Shown piece after piece: positions 57,802 through 64,000 of a stretch of DNA of 64,000 nucleotides (position 1 is the first letter of the stretch; every line of letters begins with the position of its first letter). The notes beneath the pieces are model-generated. The model saw only the letters and a program-made list of their open reading frames with translations, was not told the origin of the DNA and searched no databases. Made by a program: the position numbers and the translations under genes. The stretch lies in assembly GCF_988243305.1 (NCBI RefSeq), contig NZ_OZ547136.1, one strand, 5' to 3'.

Positions 57802-58698
57802 ATGCAACTTGAAAAGATGATTACCGAAGGCTCGAACGCCGCCTCGGCTGAAATTGACCGCGTATCAACGTTGGAAATGTGCCGGATTATCAACGATGAA
57901 GATAAAACCGTACCGCTTGCCGTTGAGCGCGTACTGCCGGATATCGCCGCGGCGATCGATGTTATCCACGCCCAGGTAAGCGGCGGCGGTCGACTGATTT
58001 ATCTCGGTGCGGGAACATCCGGTCGTCTGGGGATTCTGGATGCCAGCGAATGTCCGCCCACCTACGGCGTGAAACCGGGTTTGGTGGTTGGATTAATTGC
58101 TGGCGGCGAATATGCCATTCAGCACGCGGTGGAAGGCGCTGAAGATAGCCGGGAAGGTGGTGTTAATGATTTGAAAAACATCGGCTTAACCGCGCAGGAT
58201 GTGGTGGTTGGCATTGCGGCCAGTGGTCGCACGCCGTATGTAATTGCCGGACTGGAATACGCACGCCAGCTCGGCTGCCGCACAGTGGGAATTTCCTGTA
58301 ATCCCGGGAGCGCCGTTTCAACCACCGCTGAGTTTGCCATTACGCCAGTTGTTGGGGCCGAAGTGGTCACGGGTTCTTCGCGAATGAAAGCTGGCACGGC
58401 GCAGAAACTGGTGCTCAATATGCTCTCCACCGGGCTGATGATTAAATCCGGCAAAGTGTTCGGCAACCTGATGGTCGATGTGGTCGCCACCAACGAAAAA
58501 CTGCATGTGCGCCAGGTCAATATCGTCAAAAACGCCACCGGATGTAGCGCTGAGCAAGCGGAAGCGGCATTGGTTGCCTGCGACCGCAACTGTAAAACGG
58601 CCATTGTGATGGTGCTGAAAAATCTCGATGCCGCAGAAGCTAAAAAACGCCTGGATCAACACGGCGGCTTTATTCGTCAGGTTTTAGACAAGGAATAA
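57802..58698 (+). CDS. murQ: N-acetylmuramic acid 6-phosphate etherase (SIS domain)
   Basis: 298 aa ORF. Confidence 0.9.
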   Translation: MQLEKMITEGSNAASAEIDRVSTLEMCRIINDEDKTVPLAVERVLPDIAAAIDVIHAQVSGGGRLIYLGAGTSGRLGILDASECPPTYGVKPGLVVGLIAGGEYAIQHAVEGAEDSREGGVNDLKNIGLTAQDVVVGIAASGRTPYVIAGLEYARQLGCRTVGISCNPGSAVSTTAEFAITPVVGAEVVTGSSRMKAGTAQKLVLNMLSTGLMIKSGKVFGNLMVDVVATNEKLHVRQVNIVKNATGCSAEQAEAALVACDRNCKTAIVMVLKNLDAAEAKKRLDQHGGFIRQVLDKE

Positions 58699-58701
58699 CC
58701 C

Positions 58702-60126
<1,425 letters not shown>

Positions 60127-60130
60127 TAAT

Positions 60131-61432
60131 ATGAAACGGACAATGCTCTATCTTTCTCTGCTGGCTGTCAGCTGTAGCGTCAGCGCCGCAAAATACCCTG
60201 TTCTGACAGAAAGTTCGCCAGAGAAAGCAAGGTTCAACGTCGAACGGCTTAACCAGATGGATCGCTGGATTAGCCAGCAAGTGGACGCCGGTTATCCCGG
60301 CGTAAACCTGCTGATTATAAAAGATAATCAGATTGTGTATCGCAAAGCCTGGGGAGCGGCGAAAAAGTACGATGGCAGCGTATTGATGGAACAGCCTGTC
60401 AAAGCCACCACCGGGACGCTGTATGACCTGGCTTCCAATACCAAGATGTACGCCACTAACTTTGCTCTGCAAAAGCTAATGAGCGAAGGCAAGCTGCATC
60501 CTGACGATCGGATTGCGAAATATATTCCGGGATTTGCCGATAGTCCAAATGACACCATCAAAGGCAAAAACACGCTGCGGATTTCTGACCTGCTGCATCA
60601 CAGCGGCGGTTTCCCGGCAGATCCGCAATACCCGAATAAAGCGGTCGCGGGCGCGTTATATTCCCAGGATAAAGGCCAGACGCTGGAGATGATCAAGCGC
60701 ACGCCGCTGGAGTATCAGCCCGGCAGCAAGCATATCTACAGCGATGTCGATTATATGCTGCTTGGATTTATCGTCGAGTCGGTTACCGGTCAGCCACTTG
60801 ACCGCTATGTTGAAGAGTCGATTTATCGCCCGCTCGGCCTGACGCATACGGTGTTTAATCCGCTACTGAAAGGCTTTAAACCGCAACAAATTGCCGCCAC
60901 GGAACTCAACGGCAATACCCGCGATGGCGTGATCCATTTCCCGAATATCCGCACCTCCACTCTCTGGGGTCAGGTGCACGATGAAAAAGCCTTTTATTCG
61001 ATGGGCGGCGTTTCCGGGCACGCAGGTTTGTTTTCCAATACCGGCGATATTGCGGTGTTAATGCAAACGATGCTGAACGGCGGCGGCTATGGCGATGTGC
61101 AGCTGTTCAGTGCGGAAACGGTGAAGATGTTCACCACCAGCTCTAAGGAAGATGCCACTTTTGGCCTCGGCTGGCGCGTGAATGGTAATGCCACTATGAC
61201 GCCGACGTTTGGCACGCTGGCAAGCCCGCAAACCTACGGTCACACTGGCTGGACCGGGACGGTGACCGTTATCGATCCGGTGAATCATATGGCGATTGTG
61301 ATGTTAAGCAATAAGCCGCATTCGCCAGTAGCCGATCCGCAAAAGAATCCCAATATGTTCGAAAGCGGTCAGTTGCCGATTGCAACTTATGGTTGGGTGG
61401 TTGATCAGGTGTATGCGGCGTTAAAGCAGTAA
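60131..61432 (+). CDS. yfeW: Serine beta-lactamase-like / penicillin-binding protein family protein (PBP4B-like)
   Basis: ORF 60044-61432; I prefer the ATG at 60131 (MKRTMLYLSLLAVS...). Signal peptide and SxxK-type motif (SNTK). Confidence 0.85.
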   Translation: MKRTMLYLSLLAVSCSVSAAKYPVLTESSPEKARFNVERLNQMDRWISQQVDAGYPGVNLLIIKDNQIVYRKAWGAAKKYDGSVLMEQPVKATTGTLYDLASNTKMYATNFALQKLMSEGKLHPDDRIAKYIPGFADSPNDTIKGKNTLRISDLLHHSGGFPADPQYPNKAVAGALYSQDKGQTLEMIKRTPLEYQPGSKHIYSDVDYMLLGFIVESVTGQPLDRYVEESIYRPLGLTHTVFNPLLKGFKPQQIAATELNGNTRDGVIHFPNIRTSTLWGQVHDEKAFYSMGGVSGHAGLFSNTGDIAVLMQTMLNGGGYGDVQLFSAETVKMFTTSSKEDATFGLGWRVNGNATMTPTFGTLASPQTYGHTGWTGTVTVIDPVNHMAIVMLSNKPHSPVADPQKNPNMFESGQLPIATYGWVVDQVYAALKQ

Positions 61433-61489
61433 TAAAAAGGCCAGTCAGTTGTGATACTGGCTGGACTTTAATCATCGAATCAGAAACGA

Positions 61490-62473
<984 letters not shown>

Positions 62474-62484
62474 TCAGACGCAAA

Positions 62485-63060
62485 TTAACGCCGCCAGATA
62501 ATTTTACTGACTTTCCAGTTTTTCAGGGTATCGTCCGAAGGCATTAACCCTTCAGGACCACTCCATTCCCCGCTGAACTGGTAGCTAATATGTTGACTGC
62601 CTTCGGCTTTACATTCGACGGCACGATTATCATCACCATCAGCTTTTTGGCAATTGCCAAATGCTTTGCTGTAAAGGTCGCTAAACGGTGTACCGATTTT
62701 AACACCGGTGTCAGCAGGAATATCGCTATCCAGCACATCAATGCGGCTGATCGTACCCTGATCGCCGTTAATCACCATCGCCACGTTGTCGCCTTTCATC
62801 ACTTCAAAAAAGCGCACCACGTTGCCGTTCGCGGTTTTCATTCCGCTGCGCAGGCGATAATCGCCATCAAGCGCATCGGCAATGGCTTGTTCTTGCAGTG
62901 GTGTGGACGCCGTTAATTCACCAACGCCCTGCTCGCTCACTTTGGTGGACGACCCAAACCAGTTCCACGGGTTAGCGGCAGACCAGTTAACTGACGACAT
63001 CGTGGAACAGCCGGTCAGCATCAACGGCATAGCGCATAACATTAAACGCAGCGATTTCAT
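62485..63060 (-). CDS. yfeY: Putative outer-membrane lipoprotein YfeY
   Basis: 191 aa ORF; signal peptide with a lipobox (LTGCS). Confidence 0.75.
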   Translation of the reverse strand: MKSLRLMLCAMPLMLTGCSTMSSVNWSAANPWNWFGSSTKVSEQGVGELTASTPLQEQAIADALDGDYRLRSGMKTANGNVVRFFEVMKGDNVAMVINGDQGTISRIDVLDSDIPADTGVKIGTPFSDLYSKAFGNCQKADGDDNRAVECKAEGSQHISYQFSGEWSGPEGLMPSDDTLKNWKVSKIIWRR

Positions 63061-63120
63061 GTCACTTCCTTTGGTTATTCAATAACGTTGCTTGGAGTGC
63101 AAATTCACCAAAAAGTGCCG

Positions 63121-63570
63121 TTATTCTTTTTCTTCATTAAAACAAGCGCGTAAACGTCGATTGGTCAGCAGCCAGATTAACGCCACAATATCCGCCACTA
63201 CCAGCGCCAGCCCGATACCGCTAACGGATTCACCGTTCAGCCACAGCCACGGTTGCCAGCAAAGTAAAACCACCTGCGCCAACAGCAACAGAAAATAGAG
63301 CACATGCCAGATACGGGGAAATGAAGCCCGCCGACCACTCAGCAAAAACGCCAGCACCGCCGGAATGCCGGGAATCAACCCCAGCCAGAAATTATCGTGA
63401 TCGGGATAAAACAGATTTAGCAGCGCAGTACCCTGCTCGCGCGACGCACCAGCAATGACAAACAGCACCCAGGTTCGCGCCTGAAGCAATAGCACAAGCC
63501 AGAAGAGCAAGGGTAAACGCAGGCGACCGTGCGCATCATAATGGACAGGATGAAACTCAGTACTCTTCAT
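63121..63570 (-). CDS. yfeZ: Inner-membrane protein YfeZ
   Basis: ORF 63121-63576 (start ambiguous between 63576 and 63570); 4 predicted TM segments. Confidence 0.7.
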
Positions 63571-63982
63571 CTTCAATCAAACGCTTACCCAGACTCAGCA
63601 CGTCGGCGTGTTCATATCCCAGGCGTTCATACATTCCGAGCACCATGTCGTTATCTTCCGGCACGTTGATCTGAATTTTCGGGCAGCCGCGAGCAATCAG
63701 CTTTTTCTCCAACCGATTAAGCAACGCATTAGCAATCCCACGCCCACGAAACTCTGGATGCACGCCAAGATAATAAGCAGACCCGCGATGACCATCATAA
63801 CCGCCCATCACCGTTCCGACCACTTCACCGTTTACCTCAGCGACCAGAAACAAACTGACGTCATGGTTCATCTTACGCTCGATGTCCATTTCCGGATCGT
63901 TCCACGGACGCAGCAAGTCGCAACGCTCCCAAAGGGTGATGACCTCTTCGAAATCTTCCTGGCGAAATACGCGTATCTCCAT
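63557..63982 (-). CDS. ypeA: GNAT-family N-acetyltransferase
   Basis: 141 aa ORF with acetyl-CoA binding motif region ([10 protein letters not shown]); its 3' end overlaps the yfeZ start. Confidence 0.8.
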
Positions 63983-64000
63983 GGTATTCGTTACCTTTTT

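Overview
This 64 kb window reads as an enterobacterial (Escherichia coli-type) core chromosome segment, running from the 3' part of evgS to ypeA. I identified about 60 protein genes, 6 tRNA genes (alaX, alaW, valU, valX, valY, lysV), one complete IS200 copy, REP/BIME repeats, and several terminators and operator sites that can be read directly. Gene identities come from reading the translated ORFs against protein families I recognise; no database search was run. Main blocks: an AT-rich EvgA-regulated oxalate/acid-resistance module (yfdE-yfdV-oxc-frc, yfdX, ypdI, yfdY); lpxP, ypdK, alaC; the ypdABC two-component system next to the cryptic fry PTS operon with two embedded aminopeptidases; glk, yfeO, ypeC, mntH, nupC, pdeA; the tRNA-Ala pair with yfeC/yfeD; gltX and the val/lys tRNA operon; the xap xanthosine locus; ligA-zipA; cysZ, cysK, ptsHI-crr; pdxK; cysPUWAM; ucpA; murRQP; and yfeW-ypeA. 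I do not see convincing evidence for a wholly novel multi-gene system. The most notable observations are three apparent differences from the K-12 layout as I recall it (an IS200 inserted right after yfeD, no IS186 between nupC and pdeA, no yfeS between yfeK and cysM), a duplicated lysV 3' end plus terminator with a GC-rich insert, EvgA-box palindromes upstream of frc and yfdX, an MntR/Fur operator pair in the mntH leader, and two small hydrophobic ORFs below the ORF-track cutoff. All coordinates were counted by hand and may be off by a few bases.
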